Assembly: GCA_038144975.1 (NCBI GenBank)
Contig: JAYQOU010000002.1
Coordinates: 1,700 to 65,699 of the forward strand
Length of the DNA stretch: 64,000 bases
Reading direction: 5' to 3'
Source of the DNA: Candidatus Salsuginivita brisbanensis
Lineage (GTDB): Bacteria; Verrucomicrobiota; Verrucomicrobiia; Opitutales; Opitutaceae
Under the pieces are notes generated by a model that was given only the letters and a program-made list of their open reading frames with translations, was not told the origin of the DNA and did no database searches. A program made the translations under genes and the position numbers. Below are positions 35,460 through 43,849 of this stretch, one piece after another. Position 1 is the first letter of the stretch. Every line of letters starts with the position of its first letter.

Positions 35460-36980
35460 CTAGTGGCCGGCCTTGGCCGCACCTGTCGCCACGTCCACCG
35501 GGCGATAACCGCCACGTCCCTTGAAGTAGAGGATCAGGGCGATATAGGTGATGAACATGATGAGCGGCATGACCGAGGCGCTCTTGAGGGCGTCCTTCGT
35601 CGCGCCGCCGCGAACGCCGTCGACGACGAGCTTCTGGTCCGCGGGCAGCGCGTCATACGACGCCTGGTCGACAGCCTGATAGGCGCCGAGCAGACCGGTG
35701 CGCTCGACGGTCACCGCGGCGTGGATGGCAGGGCTTTCCGCCTCGAGGTTGCGGTCGATCGTGCGATCGACCATGCCGCCGAGGGCCATGGCACCGAGCA
35801 CGCCGACACCGAGGATGCCAGTGCCGCTGATGCCGTTAAGTGTCATCGCACCGCCGCGCGGGAACTGCTCGGAGACAACGCCGAGGGTGGTCGGCCAGAA
35901 GAAGGCCTTGGCTAGTCCGTACAGCGTGCCGCAGAGGAAGAGGACGAAGATGCTCGAGACCGAGCCGAGCAGGTAGATCGCGACGCAGGCGATAGCTGCC
36001 GCGGCGGCGAGCGTTCCGAGCGGGTTCAGCGCCCTGAGCACCGGACCGGAGCAGAAGCGCATGATCGTCATGATCAGCGCCGTGTAGACGAAGAGCCACT
36101 GGGCCGCAGCGGCGCCCATCGCGGGCTCCATCAGCGGGGTGATCCAGCTGTCCACGCCGAGCTCCGTAGAGGCCAGCGGTATCATGAGGACCAAGAGTAT
36201 CAGGAACATCGGCCTTCCGAGGAAGGATTTCGTGTAGACGCCGACGCCGACGCCGACGACCGCCGCGATTGCCGCGCCAATGCCGAGGAAGTTGGTTGTG
36301 ACCAGACCGGTGGAGCGGAGCGCCTCAGCTGCCATCATCCAGGTGAAGATGAAGAAGCCCAGGCCACCGACCTCGCCGAGGGTTTCCTTGAAGGGAACGC
36401 CTGCTGCGGCGCTCTCGCCGACGGGGAACTTCTTTCCGATCAGCATCACGAAGTAGATGATCGCCGGGATGACCGGGAGCATCAGCTTGATGCGCCATGC
36501 CGCGGTGGGCATGAGCACGATAAGGATGAGGCCGGCGATCACGAAGCCGCCGGACCATCCGCCGTGGAGATAGTTCAGCCAGCGGCCCTTGTCGTTACTG
36601 AACTTGGTCGCAACGACCGGATTGATGTAGGCTTCGACGGTGCCGTTGCCGAGCGCCATGATGAAGGTCGCGAAGTACAGCGAGTTGTAGCCGGTCGCGG
36701 TGTAGGTCAGGACGGCCGACAGCACGTGGCACACGAAGCCGAAAATCATCGCCGTCTTGTAGCCGATCTTGTCCATTACGAGGCTGAACAGGATGATCGA
36801 GATGGCGAACGGCCAGAGGCCGGCGCCAAAGATCTCGCCTGCTTGGGTCTGTGAGAGGCCGAACTCGGCCGCCCAGTCGCCCTGGGTGAAGGCGCGCCCG
36901 ATAAACGCGAATGAGGTGGTGACCAGGGCAATCCAGCAGCCCCAGAACAGTACTTTGTCGTCTTTTGATTCGTAGCTCAT
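35460..36980 (-). CDS. MFS transporter
   Basis: 506 aa with about 12-14 hydrophobic helices and an MFS-like N-terminal region ('AEFGLSQTQAGEIFGAGLWPFAISIILFSLVMDKIGYK'). Substrate unknown. Confidence 0.85.
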   Translation of the reverse strand: MSYESKDDKVLFWGCWIALVTTSFAFIGRAFTQGDWAAEFGLSQTQAGEIFGAGLWPFAISIILFSLVMDKIGYKTAMIFGFVCHVLSAVLTYTATGYNSLYFATFIMALGNGTVEAYINPVVATKFSNDKGRWLNYLHGGWSGGFVIAGLILIVLMPTAAWRIKLMLPVIPAIIYFVMLIGKKFPVGESAAAGVPFKETLGEVGGLGFFIFTWMMAAEALRSTGLVTTNFLGIGAAIAAVVGVGVGVYTKSFLGRPMFLILLVLMIPLASTELGVDSWITPLMEPAMGAAAAQWLFVYTALIMTIMRFCSGPVLRALNPLGTLAAAAAIACVAIYLLGSVSSIFVLFLCGTLYGLAKAFFWPTTLGVVSEQFPRGGAMTLNGISGTGILGVGVLGAMALGGMVDRTIDRNLEAESPAIHAAVTVERTGLLGAYQAVDQASYDALPADQKLVVDGVRGGATKDALKSASVMPLIMFITYIALILYFKGRGGYRPVDVATGAAKAGH

Positions 36981-37079
36981 GTGCTTTGCTGACGGGTTGG
37001 AGGAGGAGACAGGAGGAACGCCGGTTCCGTTGTTTTGGAGGGTTGGGGTAACCGGCCGAGGTAACGCTAAACGCGGTGG

Positions 37080-37108
37080 ATAGGACGGTTCCGATTTTCC
37101 GGTGTCAA
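37080..37108 (-). promoter_or_regulatory. candidate sigma70-type promoter for the MFS transporter
   Basis: The minus strand reads TTGACA - 17 nt - TCCTAT, about 100 nt upstream of the ATG. The leader is pyrimidine-rich ('cctcctgtctcctcctcc'). The call rests on the motif alone and the -10 element is weak. Confidence 0.2.
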
Positions 37109-37236
37109 CGCCATTTCTGCCGGTGGCGCAGGGGCATGCAGCATCGGAGCCGGCGGCTTGGCGCCAGCGTTAGGCAATAAGCCTGTGGCGTGCGGTCCGC
37201 GTCCCATATCGGACCGCCAGCCCGCGACAGCGATCG

Positions 37237-37608
37237 TCAGGCGACCCGGAGCAATGTCGGGGCCACGGTCCGTGAAACGGTCGACGGAACCAGCAGGCGG
37301 ACAGCGTATCGGTCCACCCGGACGCGGGTGCGGTGAAGGTCGAGGCTGCTGCCGAGCCTGAGGCGCAGGTGGTACCGGCATTCCGGGGAACTGCGCCTCG
37401 GGCCCAGTCGCCCGGCAGCCTCGATGACAAGATCGGGACCCTGAACGTCGACAGTCACGGATCCCGGCCGTGTGCCGGGCACCCGAAGCGCCAGGCAAAG
37501 GTCGTCTCCTTCGGACGAAGCCTCGTACTCCGGTGTGACGAATCCCGACTCGCTGGCGACCGTCCGCCGGGGCGTGCCATCGTACTTGGATCCCAATCTG
37601 AGGTTCAT
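37237..37608 (-). CDS. hypothetical protein, weakly Hsp20/alpha-crystallin-like
   Basis: 'LCLALRVPGTRPGSVTVDVQGPDLVIEA' and 'YHLRLRLGSSLDLHRTRVRVDRYAVRLLVP' resemble the beta-strand pattern of the small-HSP ACD (LPG..kedi.V.v....L.I.; f.R...LP..vd...i.A....GVL.v.vP). Weak evidence. Confidence 0.4.
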   Translation of the reverse strand: MNLRLGSKYDGTPRRTVASESGFVTPEYEASSEGDDLCLALRVPGTRPGSVTVDVQGPDLVIEAAGRLGPRRSSPECRYHLRLRLGSSLDLHRTRVRVDRYAVRLLVPSTVSRTVAPTLLRVA

Positions 37609-37926
37609 GGTGGAAAGGGTGGTGCGCAGAGGCTGAGGCTCCCCCCGGTGGGACTCATCCCCCGGGGCCGGCCTGCAGGACACTCCGCCGCGGCGGATTT
37701 GTCTCAGGCTCGCGCGCCCGATCCGGGCTGGCGCTGCATTCCCTGTTTCCACGCGAAGGCGCGCACCGGAGCCGTCCCGATTCGGGAGGACTCTATGGCA
37801 TGCGCGTTGATGGAACAGGAACTCATGACAGTGATGGGCGGAGTATTGCAGGTCCCGTGCCAGTCACGGCGGGATGCCCTTCCATGCCGGGATTGCCTCC
37901 GGCGCGGCGGCTGCCACGGTTCCGGC

Positions 37927-38301
37927 ATGAACGCACTGGCGGACTCGACGACAACGGTGGGAGAACTGAAGGCGCGCGTGCTGGCATTCGCACGGGAGCG
38001 CGACTGGGAGCAGTTTCACGCCCCGAAGAACCTGAGCATGGCGCTGGCCGCAGAGGCGGCCGAACTCATGGAACACTTCCTCTGGAGCGATCCCGAAGCA
38101 TCCCGTGCCGTCGCGGCCGAGCCCGCCCGCCGTTCCCGGATTGCCGACGAACTTGCCGACGTCGTCATCTATGCACTCGAGTTCGCGAATATCACCGGGC
38201 TCGATGTCGCGGCGGCGATCGAAGCCAAGATGGCCGAGAACGCCCGGAAATATCCCGTCGACCGCGCAAAGGGCCGGGCCGACAAGTACACCGAGCTCTG
38301 A
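37927..38301 (+). CDS. MazG-like nucleotide pyrophosphohydrolase (single-domain)
   Basis: 'FARERDWEQFHAPKNLSMALAAEAAELMEHF' and 'ELADVVIYALEFA' are the EEXX(E/D) helices of the all-alpha NTP-PPase fold. Confidence 0.85.
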   Translation: MNALADSTTTVGELKARVLAFARERDWEQFHAPKNLSMALAAEAAELMEHFLWSDPEASRAVAAEPARRSRIADELADVVIYALEFANITGLDVAAAIEAKMAENARKYPVDRAKGRADKYTEL

Positions 38302-38326
38302 GAGGTCCTGCGGGCAGACGGCGCGC

Positions 38327-38857
38327 TCAGCCGGCCGGCGGACGGTATGTCGGCACGCGCGTCTCGATGCGCGTCCCGCCGATCAGTTCGATGCAATAGG
38401 GGATTGCACCGAAGACCGCCTCAAGGTTTTCACGTATCGCCTTCGGGCGGCCGGGAAGGTTCACGATAAGCGCCTTTCCGCGGGTGCCGGCGGTCTGACG
38501 CGACAGGATCGCCGTGGGAACGAACTTGAGGGAGGTGCTCCGCATCAGCTCCCCGAACCCAGGGAGCAGGCGATCGCAGACCGCTGCCGTGGCCTCGGGA
38601 GTCACGTCCCGTGGTACGGGCCCCGTACCACCCGTCGTGACGACCAGGCAGCAACCGGCCTCGTCCACCATGCGGCGTAGCTCGGATTCGATCCTCGGGC
38701 ACTCATCCGGCACGACAGCGTACTCGGTTTCGAACGGGGTAGCGATCCACTCCCGGAGCAGCTCTACGCAGGCCTTGCCGGGCAGGTCCTCGTATTCTCC
38801 GGCGCTTGCGCGGTCGGAGACGTTGATGACGCCGATACGAACCTTGTCGGAGGCCAT
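38327..38857 (-). CDS. mogA: molybdopterin adenylyltransferase (MogA/MoaB family)
   Basis: 'IGVINVSDRASAGEYEDLPG' and 'LVVTTGGTGPVPRDVTPEAT'. Confidence 0.88.
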   Translation of the reverse strand: MASDKVRIGVINVSDRASAGEYEDLPGKACVELLREWIATPFETEYAVVPDECPRIESELRRMVDEAGCCLVVTTGGTGPVPRDVTPEATAAVCDRLLPGFGELMRSTSLKFVPTAILSRQTAGTRGKALIVNLPGRPKAIRENLEAVFGAIPYCIELIGGTRIETRVPTYRPPAG

Positions 38858-38933
38858 GGAGGATTTACGGCCGGTCGGAGTCAGTTGGGCAAACCGTATC
38901 TCGGGTGTGCTGACCAGCCGCTACTGTAGCCTG

Positions 38934-39043
38934 AATAATCGTACTCGTTCTCTTTCTCGTACTCTTACTCGGCTGGGATCTGAATCATTCGGGCGGTGCG
39001 CAGATCGAGAGAACGAGAACGAGAAAGAGAATGAGAAAGATTC
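38934..39043. repeat. R1 hexamer-periodic hairpin (long-loop copy)
   Basis: Arms 'aataatcgtactcgttctctttctcgtactcttactcg' and 'cgagagaacgagaacgagaaagagaatgagaaagattc', separated by 34 nt. It lies between the gluQ stop and the mogA start. Confidence 0.85.
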
Positions 39044-39071
39044 TGTGAGTCTGTCGTCGGGAAACCGTGAC

Positions 39072-39929
39072 TCATCGGATCAGCTCGAGGACGTCTTCCG
39101 GACTCCGACCCGCTTCCCGCAGGGCGCGAAGGCTCAGGGAGTCGTGGCGCTTTGATAGTCGCTCGCCGCGTTCGTCGGTCATCAGGGGACAGTGACGATA
39201 GGCCGGTGGGGAATGCCCCAGCGCCTCGAGCAGGAGGATCTGGCGAAACGTGGAGGTCACCAGGTCGGCGCCGCGCACGACCTCGGTCATGCGCATAGCC
39301 GCGTCGTCGACCGCGCAGGCGAGCTGGTAGCTGGGAGTGTCGTCCTTCCGCCAGACCAGGAAATCGCCGAAATCCCGTCCGGCCTCAGCCTCCTGGTGGC
39401 CGAGTGCTCCGTCGTCGAATGCGACGGTTGCCCCGCCCGGCACTCGGAAGCGCCAGTTGACCGAGATGACATTGCCAAGCGGAGGAGTTGGTGCCGATGG
39501 ATCCGGCCGGAACGACATAGGATAGATCGGTTCCTCGTCGACTGCACCATCGTGCGGGGCGCCAGCAGCCTCCTGGACATCACGCCGGGAACGGGTGCAG
39601 GGAAAGATCAGGCCGGCGGCGTGCAGCTGTTCGAGTGCGGCGCGGTAGAGTGCCTTTCGCTCGCTCTGGCGATAGGGGGCATTCGGACCGCCGACGTCCG
39701 GACCTTCGTCCCAGTCGAGACCGAGCCAGCGGAGGTCCTCCAGCATGGCTGCCGCAAACTGAGGCTGCGCCCGGGCGAGATCGAGGTCGTCGTCACGCAG
39801 GACCAACGAGCCGCCCGCATCCCGCGCCCGGCGCCAGGCGGCGTGGAACGTGCGCGCATGACCGAGGTGCAGGTAGCCGGTCGGTGACGGAGCAAGTCGC
39901 CCGCGATAGGCTGTGTTCGCCTCGGCCAT
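39072..39929 (-). CDS. gluQ: tRNA glutamyl-Q(34) synthetase
   Basis: 'YRGRLAPSPTGYLHLGHARTF' carries the HIGH motif. It is a truncated GluRS catalytic domain of 285 aa with 'LSKRH' near the C-terminus. Confidence 0.9.
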   Translation of the reverse strand: MAEANTAYRGRLAPSPTGYLHLGHARTFHAAWRRARDAGGSLVLRDDDLDLARAQPQFAAAMLEDLRWLGLDWDEGPDVGGPNAPYRQSERKALYRAALEQLHAAGLIFPCTRSRRDVQEAAGAPHDGAVDEEPIYPMSFRPDPSAPTPPLGNVISVNWRFRVPGGATVAFDDGALGHQEAEAGRDFGDFLVWRKDDTPSYQLACAVDDAAMRMTEVVRGADLVTSTFRQILLLEALGHSPPAYRHCPLMTDERGERLSKRHDSLSLRALREAGRSPEDVLELIR

Positions 39930-40038
39930 GCACTGTCGAAATGCCGAGGTTCAACGCTTCGGCAAGCGCGCACTGAAACTAATGGGCACGTGCCGGGCTT
40001 TGACTCGGCGGTGGGCTTCGGCCTTCGTCGCTTCGAGA

Positions 40039-40611
40039 ATGACAAAGCTCCTGTGCGTATACTGTTCCTCGAGTTCCCACCTGACGCCCGACTATCACGA
40101 CACGGCCGAGGCGATCGGCAGGGCGATGCCCGCCAGGGGATGGGGGCTGGTGTTCGGCGGAGGGCGCGTGGGACTGATGGGCTCGCTTGCCCGCGGCGTG
40201 AAAGCGGCCGGCGGCGAGGTGGTCGGTGTCATCCCGGAGTTCATGAAGGTCCGCGAGCTGGCCTATCACGACGCCGACGAGCTGGTGACGGTCCAGACGA
40301 TGGCAGAGCGCAAGCAGGCGATGATCGCGAGGGCGCAGGCATTCCTCGCGCTACCCGGAGGCATCGGAACGCTCGAGGAGGTCGCCGAGGTGCTCACGCT
40401 GCGCTATCTCGCGCAGAGCCGAAAACCCATCGTGCTGTTCAACCAGAACGGCTACTTCGACGATCTCCTGCGGTTCTATGACCGCATGACCCGGGAGCGC
40501 TTCATGGCGACCGGCATGGACGGGCTCTACACCGTGGCGAACTCGATCGACGAGATCTGGCCGCACCTCGAATCACCCGGAAACTACGAGCCCGACAAGA
40601 TCTGGAACTGA
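40039..40611 (+). CDS. LOG family protein (TIGR00730 Rossmann fold, cytokinin riboside 5'-monophosphate phosphoribohydrolase-like)
   Basis: 'GLVFGGGRVGLMG' and 'ALPGGIGTLEE' motifs. The start is set at ATG 40039 ('MTKLLCVYCSSS'). Confidence 0.88.
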   Translation: MTKLLCVYCSSSSHLTPDYHDTAEAIGRAMPARGWGLVFGGGRVGLMGSLARGVKAAGGEVVGVIPEFMKVRELAYHDADELVTVQTMAERKQAMIARAQAFLALPGGIGTLEEVAEVLTLRYLAQSRKPIVLFNQNGYFDDLLRFYDRMTRERFMATGMDGLYTVANSIDEIWPHLESPGNYEPDKIWN

Positions 40612-40650
40612 ACCCCAGGGGTGTTTCAGCTGACAGGGATAAAGACATTT

Positions 40651-41383
40651 TTCACAAAAGGCCGCGAAGGTTTCTGAACCCAATCTGTGGAATCCATGAA
40701 ATCCGTGGTTCAAAATGGATTTAACCACTGATGCTCACTTATGAACACTCATCCCGATCTTTGAGGATTATTGTGGTTGTCGGTGGTCAGCTGACCAACC
40801 GGCTACAACAAATATTCTCCCAATCAGTGTGAATCAGTGGTTCCAACCTGCGAGAGACAATGCTCAGCAAGGTTTCATCCGCAGATGTCGCAGATGAACG
40901 CAGATTCGATCCTGCATACCTTGTTGTAGCCAGTGATCTGATTTTTACAGAAGGTCGCAAAGGAACGCCAAGTTGGTTCCCGGTGGGCATGTTTCATTGT
41001 TTTGGAACGGCACCCGCATTCTGAGCTCCACCCTTCAGCCATCCTCGCAAGAATTCTCTTAGCGCTTCTTTGCGGCCTCCTGTGCAAAAAGGACCGGAGC
41101 ACGGACCCCTGAGAACACCCAATTCACATGGTTTCGAATCAGCGTTCATCAGCAGTTCAAACACCGAACACCGATACCCATTCAACTTTCACAGAAGCCC
41201 GCAGAGGTTGCTGAACCCAATTCATGGAATCCGTGAGATCCGTGGTTCAAGCCGGACTTAACCACTGATATTCACTAATGAACACTTATCCCAAGACTTG
41301 AGGATTATTGTGGTGTTCAGCATTCGGCTGACTAACGGGCTACAACCAAAATTTCCCCTATCAGTGTGAATCAGTGGTTCCTC
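40651..41383. repeat. A/T-rich R4 repeat mosaic: two direct ~195-bp units flanking fragmentary modules
   Basis: The units at 40651-40848 and 41188-41383 are about three-quarters identical by eye. Both are the reverse complement of the unit at 16552-16741. The middle section shares 'ccgcagatg(c/t)cgcagatgaacgcagatt' with 16780-16809, in the same orientation in both loci. The mosaic ends 3 nt before the batD-like stop codon. Confidence 0.85.
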
Positions 41384-41386
41384 GGT

Positions 41387-43849
41387 TCAGCGCCAGAAGC
41401 CGACGACTTCCCCTGAGCGAACCCAGCCGGTCTGGCCATTGGGGAAGCGCAGGTGCAGCCAGCCGAGGAACGTGCGATCGGCGATCGCGACGCTGCCTGC
41501 CGGCATCGGGGTCGTCTGCTGGGTGGCGTTTGCCTCCGTGGGAATCGACCGTAGTGTTCCGGTCCGCCAGGCGAGCACGGCCCGCTGGTCCGCAGTCATT
41601 CCGTAGGCGCGGAGCGAGACGACGCCGGCGGTTCCGACCAGCGCTGCGACCAGCAGCAGGCTGAGCGCGGTCCGCGAGACCCAGGGCCTGCGGTTCCCGT
41701 AGGCGCGCAGGAGCCCGAAGAAGGCCGAGAGGCAGGCGATGACCATCGCGCCGGCGATGACCGCCTGCCATTCGGTGGGCGAAGCGTAGCGGGCCATCGA
41801 CTGCGGCCAGGCTTTGCGCGCGAAGGGCAGGATGTCTGCCGGCGCAAAGGCAGCCTCGGTCAGGACCGGCGTGAGATGCCAGTGCACCGAGGGATTCCTG
41901 GGGTTCTGCACGAATGCGACGGAAGCGTGCGCGGCCGCCTCCGCCCAGCGGTCCTGCTGGGCGAGCGCGAGGGCGAGATTGTGGCGTGCCACCCAGTTGC
42001 GCGGATCCTGCCGCGTGGCGGCTCGCCACGACTGTTCCGCCGCAGGAAAATTTCCCTGGCTGTAGGCTGTGTCGGGATCCGCGGCCGCCTGGGCTGCGCG
42101 GCCGTGCGGTGCGAGCGCACAGGCCAGTGCGATTGCCAAGAACGGCAGGAGGTTTCGCCAATGCAGCGCACGCAGCGGATTGACCGGGCGCAGCCGGCGG
42201 CCGGCATGGGCGGTTCCCGCGCGCTCGCGCCAGTCGGCCGGCAGCAACCCGCCGTTGCTGTACATCGCGCGATCCGCTTCCTCCCAGAGGCGCTGCCAGT
42301 CGGGGTCGGTGATAGCCTCGGACGGAGGCGCGGCATGCGAGACACCCCAGGATTCGGCGGCGGCCCGCTGCCAGTCCAGGAGCTGACGCGACTGCTGATC
42401 GGAAGGGGCACCTGCGCCACGCATCCCGGCGAGGATCGCCTTGAGGCGTCGCTCGGCGAGTCGCCTGCGGCGAAGGGGATCGCTGAGCACCGCGCGGCGC
42501 CAGGCGAGCCCGACCCAGGAAAGAATCAGCAGCGCGGGCGGCACGGCGAGCACGAGCGCGAAAGGCTGTGGCAGCAGAGGGGCGAGGGCGGAGTTGGCGG
42601 ACGGCAGCGGATCGCGCGGGATCGCACCTGGGGCGCCTGGCGCATCGGGAAACTCGTCGCCCGCCTGGAATGTCTGCGTGGGCGTTGCCTGCTGGGGCGG
42701 AGGCATCTTGAGCGACAGGCCGTCCGGATCGGTCACCTCGACCGTCGTCGGCTCGGTCCGCACCGTGTGGTAGCGTCCGTCGGCGGGATCGAAGTAGGTA
42801 TAGGTGACCGGGCCCAGCGTGTAGGTTCCTGGACGCGTGGGAACGAGCACGACATCCTCGGCTAGCACGGCCTCGAACAGGCGGCCGTTCACCGGGGTCC
42901 GCCTCGCGGTCGGCTGCACCGCCTCGAAGTCGCGCGAGACATCGCGGGCGGGAAGTCCTCCCTGGTCGGGCCAGTTGCCCACGCCGCTGAGTTCGAGCGT
43001 CCATGTGACGGGTTCGCCGATCGTGACGCTTGTCGGCACGACGGACGAGGTCAGCTCGAACTGGCCGACGGCGCCGCGGAAGCTCGCGGGTGCATTCGTC
43101 GGCAGCGGCCGGATCGTGATCGCCGGGCGGTTCGAGGTGACGGTCACCTGCTCGATCCGCGGCAGGAGTCCGAAACCGAACCCGGTGCCGCCGGTCTGGA
43201 TGTTCATCAGCTGCCGGGCGGCCTCGAGGTTGATCTGACCCTCGGTGTTCGAGTAGGCGGCGGACCGGTAGATGATGTGGACCATGCGCTCGCCGCCGAT
43301 CGTGGACCCGCCGCTCTCTGGGTTCGACCAGTCCTCGGCGACCAGCGGTGCACTGTTCCACTCGATATCGCTGGCGATCTGCGTGAGCAGGCGCGCCGGC
43401 GTCGTCATGGTGTACTGGAGGGGAAACACCTCGCCGACCCAGTAGCTGTTCGAGGGCGTGCTGAGATTGGAACTCGCGAGGGCATTCGCCTGTGTGGTTG
43501 CGGCGGCGCTCCAGGAAAAACTCGGCACGACAACGACTCCCCGGTTCGTGTCGACCTCGAAGGAAGGAATCGTGACCTGGCCGCCGGACTGTGAGTCAAC
43601 CACGTAGCTGACGGCGACCGTGGATGACGGGACGCCGTTGACCACTGTCATCGAGGTCGAAGTGCCGATCCGTGTGAACGTGAGCCCGGCGACCAGCGGG
43701 GGCTGGGGAACGGCAGCGGGGGAGCAGTCGATGAACAGCAGGTCGAGCTGGTCGTTCGCGGCGCCGCGCTGCCAGCGCACGGTCTGGGCACTGGCGATGG
43801 ACGCCAGCCACAGAAATAGGAGAATGATCGGTGTGCGAAGGGACATCAC
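41387..43849 (-). CDS. BatD-like oxygen-tolerance protein fused to TPR and C-terminal SH3 domains
   Basis: 820 aa. It has a signal peptide 'LLFLWLASIASAQ' and a large beta-rich BatD-type ectodomain. Internal TM segments follow, then a TPR-like region 'YSQGNFPAAEQSWRAATRQDPRNWVARHNLALALAQQDRWAEA', further TM segments, and an SH3b-like C-terminus 'GWLHLRFPNGQTGWVRSGEV'. Its start overlaps the upstream gene's stop codon by 4 nt. Confidence 0.8.
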   Translation of the reverse strand: MMSLRTPIILLFLWLASIASAQTVRWQRGAANDQLDLLFIDCSPAAVPQPPLVAGLTFTRIGTSTSMTVVNGVPSSTVAVSYVVDSQSGGQVTIPSFEVDTNRGVVVVPSFSWSAAATTQANALASSNLSTPSNSYWVGEVFPLQYTMTTPARLLTQIASDIEWNSAPLVAEDWSNPESGGSTIGGERMVHIIYRSAAYSNTEGQINLEAARQLMNIQTGGTGFGFGLLPRIEQVTVTSNRPAITIRPLPTNAPASFRGAVGQFELTSSVVPTSVTIGEPVTWTLELSGVGNWPDQGGLPARDVSRDFEAVQPTARRTPVNGRLFEAVLAEDVVLVPTRPGTYTLGPVTYTYFDPADGRYHTVRTEPTTVEVTDPDGLSLKMPPPQQATPTQTFQAGDEFPDAPGAPGAIPRDPLPSANSALAPLLPQPFALVLAVPPALLILSWVGLAWRRAVLSDPLRRRRLAERRLKAILAGMRGAGAPSDQQSRQLLDWQRAAAESWGVSHAAPPSEAITDPDWQRLWEEADRAMYSNGGLLPADWRERAGTAHAGRRLRPVNPLRALHWRNLLPFLAIALACALAPHGRAAQAAADPDTAYSQGNFPAAEQSWRAATRQDPRNWVARHNLALALAQQDRWAEAAAHASVAFVQNPRNPSVHWHLTPVLTEAAFAPADILPFARKAWPQSMARYASPTEWQAVIAGAMVIACLSAFFGLLRAYGNRRPWVSRTALSLLLVAALVGTAGVVSLRAYGMTADQRAVLAWRTGTLRSIPTEANATQQTTPMPAGSVAIADRTFLGWLHLRFPNGQTGWVRSGEVVGFWR

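Noticed and set aside
36981-37236. Possible riboswitch in the 256-nt region upstream of the MFS transporter.
   Set aside because: I could not match any riboswitch core I know (TPP, cobalamin, SAM, purine, FMN, glycine, c-di-GMP). I found only a weak promoter-like TTGACA-17-TCCTAT, which is reported at low confidence.
37796-37926. In-frame Cys-rich 44-codon N-terminal extension of the MazG-like gene ('MACALMEQ...CQSRRDALPCRDCLRRGGCHGSG').
   Set aside because: The canonical single-domain MazG N-terminus begins at the 37927 Met. The extension has weaker codon bias and no recognised fold. It is kept only as an alternative start to test by homology or ribo-seq.
40787-41261. Short ORFs (63-75 aa) listed inside the A/T-rich repeat mosaics, and 14180..14545 inside the R3 field.
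   Set aside because: They are translations of repeat modules with no start context and mutually overlapping frames. Their composition is unlike that of genes in this genome.
41225-41262. tRNA-like 'GTGGTTCAAGCC' / 'GTGGTTCAAAA' T-loop-like strings inside the R4 units.
   Set aside because: The flanking bases do not form a T-stem, and no acceptor or anticodon arms can be drawn. The string is simply part of the repeat consensus (…ATCCGTGGTTCAA…). I found no tRNA, rRNA, tmRNA, RNase P or SRP RNA signatures anywhere in the window.
41361-43361. 666-aa ORF in an alternate frame inside the BatD-like gene.
   Set aside because: It is on the same strand but in a different frame from the 820-aa ORF, which has a signal peptide and BatD/TPR/SH3 features. 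Its product is an Arg/Pro/Ala-rich low-complexity sequence.
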